A DNA stretch of 64,000 nucleotides. It comes from Dictyostelium discoideum (lineage: Eukaryota). The stretch lies in assembly GCA_000004695.1 (NCBI GenBank), contig CM000150.2, positions 2,368,001 to 2,432,000 of the forward strand, read 5' to 3'. The stretch's first letter is position 1. Each line of letters starts with the position of its first letter. Positions 52,228 to 64,000 of the stretch are shown here, in pieces. Made by a program: the position numbers and the translations under genes. The notes beneath the pieces are model-generated. The model was not told where the DNA came from. It ran no database searches and saw nothing but the letters and a program-made list of their open reading frames with translations.

Positions 52228-55200
52228 TATAATGGAATTGGGTTTGGAGTGTTCGGGTTATGCCATGATGTGTTGAAGTTGATTATTAATTGGTCTCTGT
52301 TATTTAATTTGTATATTGTTTCACTCCTTTCGATCTTCTTTATTAAAATGAATTTCTCTATTTTAATTAAGTTGGTTAGTTCTTTTTCAATTAATGTTGG
52401 ATCAAATGAGGGTGGAGTTTTAGATTCGTCTTGATTGAATAGTTTGTGACAAATTATTCTCCATAGTTGATGTATAATTATGCCGATTAAATTTGGGTAG
52501 ATTCTTTCTTTTTTATTTGTTTTGCTAATATCTAGTGAATTGAGATCCCAATTTCTGATCTTGAAGAATGAGAGATTGTTGAATGTTGAAATTATTATGT
52601 TTTCTATTTCTTTTACTTGCATACAGTCTATAAAAAGGTGAGTGTATGGGTCACGGATTATATTGTTACAGATTTTGCATGGTACGTTACGTTCATAGTT
52701 GATTCCAGGAAGTGACCTTGAGAAAAATCTGAATAGTGTATTTCTACCTTTTTGATGTGATATGTGGTTGATATGTTGGAAGATGGATGGTATGTTGATG
52801 TTATTTATTGAAATTAGATTTTTTTGTCCATCTGTTTTTCTTATTGATTTGTATTTGTGAGTGATTAACATGTTATAGATTTCTTTAAGTTGAAGTGGCT
52901 TTTTGTTTTGACCTTTGATACAATCAGGTAGTGATTTTAGTTTATTGTGTTGTGGTGCAAAGTTGTTTCTAAAATCTTTCCATCTGTCTACCATCTCTCT
53001 TAATCCAATTGATATATATTTGCTGTTGCTGATTTGTTCCATATACCATTCTTGTAGTATGTTGCATGCTTTTATCTTGATAATGTGTAATAATCTATTC
53101 ATGTTCCAAACTTTGAATGCTACTTGTCTGATACCTAAGTCCCACATCTTAATTCCACCTTCTTTCCAATCACCGTATGCTCTATCCATTGTCATTAATG
53201 TTCTATATTTATGTTCTTCTGTGTATGTATTTTTAATTGCGGAGAAGAGGAACCATTTAATGATATTGTTTAGTTCAGTAATGTGTGATTCATTTAGTGA
53301 GTCTAGATATTGATGGTAGGATAATCTCGATAGCGCATATGTTTTGACAATTGTCATCTTTGCTCTTATTGTAGTTGCTTGACTTTTCCAATTGTTTAAG
53401 CTATCTTTGATTGAGTTGATGATTGATGTGATTTTTGAATTGAGGCCCACTTTCGTGAAATTGAGACCCAAGTATCTTTCTGGAGCTTCACTAATCTTAA
53501 ATGGGAGGTTTGGTGGTATATTACCAATGCATATCATAACAGTTTTCTCTTGATTAAGTTTTGAAGATGTACCTAGACAGTAGTTGTTGATTTTGTCCAA
53601 TACTAATTTTAATTCTTCTGCTGAGTTGTTGAAAGTTGACATATCATCTGCGAATGCTGTTAGCTTGATTCTTTTCTGGTCTGATAATTTAAATCCTTTA
53701 ATTTCGATTTCTTTAAGTATATCAATTAGTAGTGCTTCCATTACAAGTGCAAATATTGTTGGTGATAATGGATCTCCTTGTTTTGTGCCTCTGTTAACTG
53801 TAATGTGTCCCACCAGGAAGTCATTTATCTTGATCTTATTCGTTGTTTCTTTTAATAGATTCATTATTAATTCTACTATCGTTTTTGGTATGCCAATGTG
53901 GCTCAATGTTCTTCTGATACTTTTGTGGCTAATTGAGTCGAAAGCTTTGTTGAAATCGAAGAATGTGATTAACGTAGTACTATTTCTTGATTTGTTTGCT
54001 CTTTCGATTACCTCCTTCATTATTTGAATATTATCTTGGATGTAACGATTTGGAACAAACCCATTTTGAAATTTGTTTATTATTTTCTTTGTAACTGCAA
54101 GTAAACGGTTGTTGATGATCTTACTTAATAGTTTGTAGTCCGTATTGAGTAGAGTAATTGGTCTTCTATTAGCTATTTGTAGTTCGTCTCCTTTCTTGAA
54201 TAGTGTTGTGATAAATCCTTCTTTGAAGTTGGGATTGATTTCTTTTTGATTAGTTAATGTATCATTAAATACTTTTGCTAAGATTGTTGAAAGTGATGCA
54301 GAGTGGTTTCTATATAATGCAGCATTGATTCCATCTAGTCCTGGAGATTTGTGTGGATTAGAATTTTTAATTGCATTATTGACTTCTTTTGGTGTGATTG
54401 CACTATCTAATGATAGTCTGGAAATGTATTGTTTGTCCACTATCCATTTATCCAATAGTTCCTTGTGTTTACTTTCATTATCTGGTTTTTCATCGTATTG
54501 TTCTTGATAGAATTCTAAGAAGCATTTGGCTATTTCAACTTTTTCTGATACAATTGTTCCATCTTTATTTTTAATTTGGAATATGGATCTGTCCTTTTTC
54601 CTTTTCTTTAGTTTACTTGTTAGATATCTACTTGGAGTTTCTTGGTTTAAGTGAAGTTTCAATTTGGTTTCCCATTGTTTATTTGCTTCTTCTTCTTTCA
54701 ATAACTCTTCCATTTCGTCTTCTAGTTGCTTTCTTTGACCAGGGTATAAATCTTCTCTTTCAATTAATCTATGTAACCTACTCTTCTTTTTGTTTTTTTC
54801 CTTTTTTATCAAGTTCTGTTGCTTTTTGAGATGGTGCCTGATTGTATAATTCTTAAAGTGGATCCAGTCATCTAGTGTGTTGATGTATTGTTTGTTGTTT
54901 TCTATGATTTGCGAGATTTCTTCATGAATTGTTGGATCAGCCAATGTTTCTTTGCATAATGTCCACGGGAGTTTTTCAATTTTGATGTTGTTGATGTTGA
55001 TATCGTTTGCGCTATTGTTATTCATTTTTAAATCTATTGAAATAGGTGTGTGGTCAGATTTGTTGTAAATATCTTCATGCACCCTTAGCGGGTTTGAACC
55101 CACCATTGTTGGTTTACAATAAATTCTGTCCAATCTGCTATTAGATCTTGAAAAAGTTGCGATATTGTTGTTTGCACCTATATCTTTCAGGTTGCTTTCT

Positions 55201-55883
55201 TCAATTATACTTCTGATACCAATACCATAGTGTGAATTGTTGTTGTGGTCTGCATTAAAGTCACCTGCAATGATGTCATGTTTGATTTTTTGATCTTTAA
55301 TGAGATTCTTTGCTGCTATAATGAATGCATTTCTTCTAGGTATTGATGCTGGGGCATAAATTAAAAGGATGTTGATGTTGATATACGAATTGAATTTAAC
55401 TGATAATATTCTACCTTCTGTATCTTTGAAATTTACTGTTAGATAGCCAGTGCTTAAATTTCTATTCTCTATTGATACACCAGTGCCTTTACCGTTTCCA
55501 TGATCTATCCTTTCATAGTTGAACATTGATTTATAATGATTGAATGTTGAACCGTTTGTTTCTGTAAGTAATGTGATTTGGGGACCTATTCTCTTGATCG
55601 TTTCTTCAGCTTTTTTATTTGAGAGAGGGCTTGAACTACCTCTGCAATTCCATAATAAAATTTTTAATTTTTCCATCCTCTTGATAGGGTTGGGTTACCA
55701 TTTGGTGGTTGACCACCACTTGGTTTTGTTTGTGTAGTAATATTGTTTGTTGTATTTGAGTTGTTTAATTTATTTGTGATGATTGTTTTGTTGTTGTTGT
55801 TGACATTTTTGTCGTTGTTATTATTGCTGTTGTTATTATTATTGTTGTTGTTGTTGGAGTTATTGGAGTTATTGGAGTTATTG

Positions 55884-55945
<62 letters not shown>

Positions 55946-56551
55946 TTGTATTATATTTGTATTATTGTTAGGTTGATTGGTTGTTGTTTGTTTTTTGTTT
56001 TTCTTTTTAGCTTCCTCCCTATCTTCTCTACTAATAGATTCACAGAAGTATACTTTAATTTGATTGTTGTTGTTTTTATATGATTGAATTTGATTATTGA
56101 TTATATTTGTATTTGTTGATTTGTTGAATAGTATTATTGCTGAATATCTGTGCACATCATTCATAATTTTAACGTTGCATTCATCAACTTCCTCTGCTTC
56201 TACTCCCATGTTTGTTTGTACATCTTCTTTTGTTATTGCTTTTGTTATATTTTTTGTGAAGGTATGGAAGTGGAGGTAGTGGTGATTAGGAAAGTATGGG
56301 ATGAATCTTTGAATTCTATATATTCCATCCTCATCCTTTATTTGAAATGTGCAAAATGAATCGTGTAGATGTTTCAAATTTTCTTTTAGAATTCTACCCA
56401 ACACTGTTATACCTTTTGATTTTCTAATTATTGTTTTATCTTTGAGGAGTGTATTGTCAATGAATTTGAGAGTATTACTATTTAATTCTGCTGTATTTGG
56501 GTAGTATAGTCTGATTTTATATGTTGAGTTATTTAGTAATTCTTCATTGAA

Positions 56552-56605
<54 letters not shown>

Positions 56606-56695
56606 TGTGATCAGACCTTCAAGGAATCTTCATTGAATACAAATTTGTTACTGATGAGATTGAAAAAGTTATTGTTCATTTTTTTTTTTTTTTTT
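52063..56695 (-). mobile_element. Apparently full-length TRE3-family element of a third subfamily. It has ORF1 (55664-56404, 246 aa, N-rich), ORF2 (52227-55676, 1149 aa: APE, RT, C-terminal Cys/His), a 3'UTR and oligo(A). Its 5' end lies ~100 bp downstream of the minus-strand tRNA-Ser.
   Basis: ORF1 and ORF2 overlap by 13 nt. The APE motifs are WNCRGS and IAGDFNADHN. The RT motifs are FFDFNKAFDSISHKSI and AFADDMSTF. The protein ends ...CKICNNIIRDPYTHLFIDC...NPNTPNPIPL. The 5'UTR carries a tiny nested insertion at 56556-56627. Confidence 0.8.
56556..56627 (-). mobile_element. Extremely 5'-truncated TRE3 insertion (a 25-nt C-module tail acctgtgatcagaccttcaaggaat plus a ~47-nt oligo(A)), flanked by a 13-bp TSD
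   Basis: The TSD cttcattgaatac occurs at 56543-56555 and 56628-56640. Confidence 0.7.
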
Positions 56696-56706
56696 TTTAT
56701 TTTTTT

Positions 56707-56753
<47 letters not shown>

Positions 56754-56792
56754 TATTTTATTACGTGATAAAAAAAAGATAAAAAGATAGAT

Positions 56793-56873
56793 CGACACCT
56801 GCAGGGTTCGAACCTGCGCCTCCGAAGAGAACGCCTTAGCAGGGCGCCGCATTAACCACTTTGCTAAGGTGTC
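56793..56873 (-). tRNA. tRNA-Ser (anticodon GCT), second copy
   Basis: Exact reverse complement of the 46216-46296 gene. Confidence 0.9.
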
Positions 56874-56924
56874 ATCGAAAACCAAATGGGTAATACACTT
56901 CATTTAACCAAATGTGTAAAGGAG

Positions 56925-59457
56925 ATCGAAAAAAAACAAACAACAACAACAATCTCTTTTTTTGATTATTTCATTTTTCATATAAAAAAGACTTAAAAAA
57001 CAAATAAATAAATAAATAAACTATCTTAAAAAGCCATCTTTTTACTTTATTGTAATTTATTATTTGTTTCGTTTTGAGAATTTTGCGTAGCAAAATTTTC
57101 AAAAAAAAGCAAAAAATAATCAGATCGAAAAAAAACAAACAACAACAACAATCTCTTTTTTTGATTATTTCATTTTTCATATAAAAAAGACTTAAAAAAC
57201 AAATAAATAAATAAATAAACTATCTTAAAAAGCCATCTTTTTACTTTATTGGTGTATTGTATGGAGATGGTGGTTCAATAGGTTTTTCTGATTTTGTTTT
57301 AATTTCTTGATTTTTTATCGATTGGGTATTGATCTCATTCTCTATTCTTGTTAGTTCATCTACGTTTTCTAGTGATGCATCTATTACCTTTTGAGCTGTA
57401 TCATCTAGGGCCATAAATGTTTTATCATTAGATGAGGAGGTGATTGGTGGGATAATGATTGTTCTTTTTCCTTGTTTTGGTATTTGTTCTGATGTAGATT
57501 TTGGTTGTTGTTCATCTGATTGTTTTTTATTTTTGTTTTCTTCTTGATTTTCTGGTAATGAGGTTTGATCTCTCCATCCTTTGTTGGAGTGACCAATTAA
57601 TGTTAGATTGTCTAGTTCAATGATAGTATCATATTCTTCTACGACTCTTTTCACTGTTTTGATAATTAGAGTTTCGCCTTTAATTTCAGATTTAATTAGT
57701 TTACATCCTTCATTTTCTATTACCCATTCTATTTCTGTGAGTGATTTATACCAATCGAAATCCGTATACATATTTTTGGTCTTAGAGTGGTTATAAATTG
57801 TCCTTTTAAACTACCACTCAAAATGGTCCTCACAATAATGAACTTACTCAATGAATCAGAAACATCAGTGTACATCAATAACTCATTATCTAAAAGCTTT
57901 ACATCAAAAAGAGGAACCAAACAAGGTGATCCTATCTCTCCCACTATCTTCGCATTAGTGGTTGAATGCATGGCAACTACTATAATAAATGACCGCTGCA
58001 TCAATGGTGTAACCAAAGAAACCATTAAAATACTACAGTTCGCCGATGATACAGCAACAATAGCATACAACTTTATGGACCATTTCCTCATGAATGAATG
58101 GATCAAGAAGTTTTGCCAAGCAACCAGCGCAAAAATAAACCAAACCAAATGCTCGTGTATCACTTTCAAATGGAACACCAGAACGCTATACACCGTCATA
58201 AAATCAAACGAAAGGTACCTCGGCTTTGACTTCAACAATAAGGGTATCAAATCCAAAATCAATACAATCTCAGACAACATCAGAGCTAAACTAGTAACAT
58301 GGAACTCAACTTCATCAACCTATATGGGCAGACTCATAATGGCAAAAACATATGCACTATCTCAGTTAACGTTCCACACTTACATCAACACCACACCACA
58401 ACACAATAGTATTGAAAATAACATCGTAAAATTCGTTTTCAACACAAAATCTAAAAACTCTCTTTCACTACAAAGAAGACAAAACAACTATATCAATGGT
58501 GGCCTAAACTTATGGAACCTGAAGACAAGAGAACTAGCACAGAAAGCATGGTTATTCGAAAGATACCTCCACCAAAGAGTAAGTAACACTCCTAGTTCAT
58601 ATATAAAACTGTGGGAAGAGGAACTCAAAAACAACAACAACAACAAAACAACAACAAAACAAAATCAACTACAACTACACTGGCAATGCAAGCAAGCATG
58701 GACCCAATTAAAAACTCCACAAAATAAACAAACACATTACGAACACCTCCCAAAATTAAAAAAAATATACGAAGATATGATGACAACTCAATCTCCTGAA
58801 CACAACAAATTCATACCAACTCCTGGCCAAAAAGAAATAATGACCAAAATTAATAGCAAACACCTTCCATTTAAAGAAATCAAAAAAATAATAAACATGA
58901 AAGGTAGAGATCTATTATGGAGATACACACTGAAAGCACTACCAAAAATATACAACATGCCATGCCAACAGTGTGGGGAAGATGAGACCTCAGAACATAT
59001 ATTCTTCAACTGCAAAGCCCACATCAAAAACACACAAGAAATCTTCAACTACACCCTAACTAAGTGTGGACACACCACTCACACCTGGAATGTGAAGATT
59101 TTAAACCATCTACAAATTGCACTAGTAGCCAATTTAATAGCTATTATATTCGATAAAATCTGGCACAAAAGAAATAAACTCATTCACGATGAAAAAGAAA
59201 TAATAATTCACAGACAACAAGTCATACGTGAACTAATTAAAACACAAAGAGCTGCATGGGACAGGACACAAGCGGTTATAAACAAAACATTAAGAATCAA
59301 ATCAAAGCAACGGCCAGAAGAACAAAATAAATTAGACTCACTAATCTCGCTAAAGCTATTACAATTTAGCAGACAATGGAACTCACCTCTTCACGCAATA
59401 GAACTTCCTAAACATCTCAAAAAATACAATAATTCACTCAGTACTTTCTATAAATAA

Positions 59458-59516
<59 letters not shown>

Positions 59517-59945
59517 GGAACCCAAGTTAATCAGAAAATTTCCAGATTTTTAACTTTTTAAAGAAAAATATAAAAAATAGAAAGAAAATAAAATGAAAAT
59601 CACAAACAACACCACAAATATTAAGCAACACAAATGCCTACAAAAAATAAGCGAAATTGTGGATAAAACTCAATTAAAAAAAAAACAATTCAAATACGTC
59701 ATAAACATCAATCACGAACCAGACGATAAAATAAAAAAAGATTTAGAAAAAAGTTTGGACAAAAAAGATGTTTTAATCAAAAGTAATAATACAATTCAAA
59801 ATTCGAAACAAAAAAAAAAAAAAAAAAAAAAAAGTAAACTAACCCCTCTTTTAGAGACCCTGTAAAAAAAAAAAAAAAATAAAATAAAATGAGATCTAAC
59901 ATCTCAAGGAGAAGCAACTAATAATTGCGTTATCCAATTCAAAAA
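56925..59945 (+). mobile_element. Rearranged TRE5-A copy, ~50 bp upstream of tRNA-Ser. It has A-module x1.7 (56925-57240), an inverted ORF1 segment (57241-57807, reading on the minus strand), the ORF2 3' two-thirds (57808-59457: RT, Cys/His and C-terminus), oligo(A), the 3' B-module and the C-module.
   Basis: A 176-aa minus-strand ORF matches ORF1 residues ~103-278. The 556-aa plus-strand ORF has the RT motif QFADDTATIAY and the CCHC-like motif CQQCGEDETSEHIFFNC, and ends ...STFYK. Confidence 0.75.
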
Positions 59946-59961
59946 AAAAAAAAAAAAAAAA

Positions 59962-60105
59962 AAAAAAACCAAATGTGTAATACACTTTGCTAAGGTGTCA
60001 TCGAAAACCAAATGGGTAATAAACTTTGCCAAGGTATCATCGAAAAATATTTGGTGATACACTTCGCTAAGGTGTCATTGAAAAATAAACCACCACAAGA
60101 CTAAT
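59962..60105 (-). repeat. Three inverted copies of the tRNA-Ser 5'-half/leader ~45-bp unit
   Basis: ccaaatgtgtaatacactttgctaaggtgtcatcgaaaaccaaatgggtaataaactttgccaaggtatcatcgaaaaa... Confidence 0.6.
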
Positions 60106-60474
60106 TTTTTAATTAATAATTTTTTTTTTAATTGTTTTATTGTTTTTTTTTTTTTTTTTTTTAAGACTGTGGCGCTGACTATAATAATTTTTGAACCTTT
60201 ATTGAAATATAATTAAAAAAATACAAAAAATAAAAATAATTAGTAAAGTGACTGTTTTTTTATTTTTATAAAAATATTTTATAATATAAGTTGTTTTCTT
60301 TATTTATTTGTTTATTTATTTATTTTAATTTTTTTTTATTTTAAAAAAAAAAAAGTTTAAAACTTTTAAAATTATTTAAACTTTAAGAATTATTGGAGTT
60401 ATTTGGAATATTATAAAACAAAAAAAAATTACAAAGGTGGGTGGATATGTGCAATTTATTATAAAAATTATTAT

Positions 60475-61089
60475 TTAGATTTGTGATTTTAATTTTTCTA
60501 TTATTTTTAAAGATTCATCGATATGAGAAGTTGAGCTGAGTAAACCATCATGAATACCTGCTATAATACCATGTTTATCGATTATAAATGTTTTTCTACC
60601 TGGTAATAATATACCGTTGACACCATATAATTTGGCTAATTTACTATGTTTATCTGTTAATAATGTGAATGGTAATGAATATTTTGAAACGAATGATTTA
60701 TGACTATCTTCGCCATCGCTACTGACTCCAATTACTTCTGCGCCTGCTTCTATAAACTTTTGATATTTATCTCTAAATTCGCAACTCTCTATATTGATAT
60801 ATGTATGTGTGTAGGTATGTATGTATGTATGTTGGTGATATTATTATATTTAAAAGGTTATTTATTATTAGTATATTAAAAAAAAAGAAAAAAAACATTT
60901 AAGTTTATTGTATTATGTAATAATATTAACTAACTTACCTTTTGTACATACTGGACTATTATCTTTTGGATAAAAATATAAAACGATTGGTTGACTCTTT
61001 TCTTTAAATTCTTTTAATGTAACTGTTTGACCTAAATAATTTTTAGCTTCAAAATCTGGTGCAATATTTCCAACTTTTAATTTTGTCAT
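60475..61089 (-). CDS. BCP/PrxQ-type peroxiredoxin, copy 3, inverted (exons 61089-60939 and 60788-60475)
   Basis: The reverse complement is near-identical to copies 1 and 2, including the intron position and ~300 bp of 5' flank. Confidence 0.75.
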
Positions 61090-61714
61090 TCTTTTTTTTA
61101 TATATATATTTTTTATTTTTTTTTAAAAATGATTTTTTAATTTATGATTATTTATTACTGATTATTAATTTATGATTATTTATTAGTGATTATTAATTTA
61201 TGATTTCTATTTAATACTATTATTTGTTAATTTATATTTATTATATGTATAAATTAATTTATATTTGATTGGTTAATAAAAATTAAAATTATTAAAGAGT
61301 TTAAATATTAAAAATAAATTCTAAACATTGAAAATAAACCATCGTCGAAAAGAATGAAATTTATTCGATTTCATTTTAGAATGCGAAAGAAAGAAAGTCT
61401 GTGTGTATCGTCATATTAATTTTGGGACAGGGTGTGATCACGTTAATTCTTTGAAAATAATTATGGAAAAAAAAAAAAAAAAAATAAAAAAATAAAAATA
61501 AAAAAAATTTTGGCTTGGAACTCTTTTTTATTTTTTTAATACTTTTTTTATTTAATAATATTTTATTTTATTTTATTTTATTTTATCTTATTTTATTTAT
61601 TAATATTTTTTTTTTTTTTTTTTTTTTATTATTTTTATTATTAGAAATACATTAAGTATAATTATTATATTATTATATTATTATTATTATTATTTTTTAT
61701 TTTTTTTATTTTTT

Positions 61715-63239
61715 TTACACAATTTGAAGTTCTTTATTTTGATCTAATGAAGCAGTTTTACCATTTAATAATTTTAAAGAATCTATACCATAACCATATA
61801 AATAAAGTTCTAAATTTTTTTTACAGGATTCACTTGCTTCATTTATATCAAAAGCTTTTAAAATGAGATCAATTTTATTTAATTTTTTACCATCAATAAC
61901 AACGAAATCATTTGTAAAACCATCCAATAGAGTTGATAAAATATAATAACTAAAATAATTAGTATCCATTGATGGAAATTGAGGATTATTTGGAGTTCTT
62001 TCAATATGTGAAATTAATAATTGTTTTTGAGTGATTTCACTACCATCAATTGGTGATTGAAATGAATCTTGATTTAATTCATTCAAAATTAAATAAGTTA
62101 CCAAATATGCATTTGAAAGTTTATTACAAATAACACCATGAGTTTGCATTAATCTTTTTGCAATATCAATTTTATCCAATGTATCACCAAGTAATTCAAC
62201 TTTTTCATTATTACGCATTGCAGATACTAATTTAAATAATGAATCTTCAACAACATATTTATTTTCATTTTTTTCAATAATTTTAATTAATTTCTCTAAA
62301 AAATTAAATAAAAAAAAAAAAAAAATAAAAAAATAAAAAAAATTTAAAAATTAATTAATTAATTATTGTGTGAAAATTATTCAAGTTTGTACACTTTTCA
62401 ACTTATATATATATATATACATTACTTTTTGTTGAAATTGAAATCTTTTTTGGAACAAATAATTTTTTATTCATATTTTTTTTAAAATTAATTTCACCAA
62501 CACCATTTAAAAGTGAAATGGATTGAACACCATATGCAATCATATAATTTTGAATCATTTCTAGTGAGAATGTATTTGTATTATCTTTATCCAATGATAA
62601 TAAAACCAAATCTAATTTATTTAAAGATTTACCTTTGATATCAATAGTTTCATTTAGAAATCCTTTTAATAAATTACAAAGCTCATAATAATTATAAGAG
62701 ATGAATTCTAAATCTGCATTTGGTTGATTCTCTTGATACTCTATGGTTTTAATTAATAAATATTTTAAATCAACTTCTTTACCATCTAATAATTTAATTG
62801 AACTTTCTTTCATTTCCAATAATTTCGTATAAAGAAAATAATAATAAAATGCTGAATTTGGATATTCTTCAATTCCTTTTAAAATACTTTCAACTTTATA
62901 TTCTTCTTCTTGATTTTTACCAATATTAAAATTAATTTTATTATAATTTTTAAATTTTTTATTTGTTGAATTTGTTGAATTAATTGAATTAGTTGTTGTT
63001 GTTGTTGTTGTTGTTGTAGTTGTAGTTGTTGGATTTTTTGTTGAATAATTTAAACCATTATTATTATTATTATTATTATTTTGATTTTTATTATTTTGAT
63101 AATTTTGATTATATTTATTCCATTGGCAATAATATTTATTATTAATATTATTTAAAATATTCGAATTTTTATTTGATGAAACCAATGTTGATCTATTTAA
63201 AAACTTTAAAGTTTTATTTGATACTATTGATTTAATCAT
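61715..63239 (-). CDS. Two-exon gene (~466 aa) with two homologous ~160-aa domains. The exons are 63239-62421 and 62293-61715. Function unknown.
   Basis: The two ORF-track ORFs (278 and 167 aa) join in frame through a 127-nt AT-rich intron. The donor is aat|gtatatat and the acceptor is ttttttagag|aaatta. Domain 1 contains KSLNKLDLVLLSLDKD...YMIAYGVQSISLLNG. Domain 2 contains KKLNKIDLILKAFDIN...YLYGYGIDSLKLLNG. Confidence 0.5.
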
Positions 63240-63262
63240 TTTTCAATGAGAAAGAGATTTGT

Positions 63263-63300
<38 letters not shown>

Positions 63301-63764
63301 AAATTAAAAAAAAAAAAAATTATTAAAAAAAAAATAAAAAAAAAAAAAATGAAATTAAAAAAAAAAAAAAATATCTCAAGCAAAACAAAAAATTTGAACA
63401 TCAAAACAAAACTTTTTAAATTAAAATTTTTTAATTAAAAATAATCTAAAAATTATAAAAAAAAAATAAAATAATTAAAAAAATAAATAATTATTATTAT
63501 TAATTATTTATTTTTTTAATTATTTTATTTTTTTTTATAATTTTTAGATTATACAAAGTGATGAAGAGGTCAAGTATAGAGAATATGCAACCTCTGCCAC
63601 TCTTACTACCAATACATCAAATAAACAACCAATTCAACCCAATAATAATAATAATAAATAATAATAATAATTTTAATTATTTTTTTTTTTTATTTTTAAA
63701 AAGCTCTTTTTTATTATTTTTTTTTTTATTTTTAGAATAATTATAAAATTTTTTTTCAAATTAT

Positions 63765-64000
63765 TTATTTCTTCTTTGATGGAGCAGCAGCACCTTTCTT
63801 ATCACCTGCTTTACCTGGGGCTTTCTTGACGGTTGATTTGATGACACCGACGGCAACGGTTTGTCTCATATCTCTGACGGCGAAACGACCTAATGGTGGG
63901 TATTCAGTGAATGATTCAACACACATTGGACGAGATGGGGTTAATTCGACCATAGCAGCATCACCATTCTTTAAGACGACGGCGGCAGTACCTTCTTTGG
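63765..64000 (-). CDS. Translation elongation factor 1-alpha (eEF1A), C-terminal end. The gene continues beyond the window.
   Basis: ...[59 protein letters not shown]... is the highly conserved eEF1A domain III C-terminus. The coding GC content is higher than the flanks. Confidence 0.9.

Noticed and set aside
57729-58280. A 183-aa minus-strand ORF at 57729-58280.
   Set aside because: It is antisense to the TRE5-A ORF2 reverse-transcriptase region. It has a hydrophobic, low-information composition.

Overview
The window is extremely AT-rich genomic DNA from a social amoeba, almost certainly Dictyostelium discoideum or a close relative. Three lines of evidence support this: coding poly-Asn, poly-Gln and poly-Ser tracts; short AT-rich GTAAGT...TTTTAG introns; and TRE5-A and TRE3 non-LTR retrotransposons at fixed distances from tRNA genes that are followed by external B boxes. 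The window has three parts.

1. Bases 3.5-21.2 kb: a tandem minus-strand gene family. It is dominated by one uninterrupted 13.6-kb ORF of 4540 aa, and this is the main novelty candidate. That ORF encodes at least nine copies of an apparently undescribed ~190-aa module, followed by a UPF1-like SF1 helicase and a C-terminal Cid1/GLD-2-type nucleotidyltransferase, giving a TRAMP-like unwinding-plus-tailing enzyme in one polypeptide. Two truncated paralogues of 421 and 708 aa lie directly upstream.

2. Bases 0-3.5 kb and 22-60 kb: a tRNA-anchored retrotransposon landscape. Eight tRNA genes are present: Glu, Gln x2 head-to-head, Asn, Lys, Thr, an intron-containing Trp, and Ser x2. Each has TRE5-A about 48 bp upstream and/or TRE3-family elements downstream. 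Several insertions have clean target-site duplications. The elements include internally deleted, inverted and ORF-less variants, and a 100-N assembly gap interrupts one element.

3. Host genes interleaved with the elements:
- an HPP-family membrane protein;
- a multi-exon LRR surface protein;
- a BCP-type peroxiredoxin gene present in three copies, two direct and one inverted;
- an atypical Rab-like GTPase with a CAAX box;
- a two-exon gene with an internal domain duplication;
- the 3' end of eEF1A.

Other oddities are a ~450-bp GC-rich island beside tRNA-Glu, ~210-bp inverted repeats bracketing a 2.4-kb gene-bearing segment, and tandem tRNA-Ser 5'-half/leader repeats.
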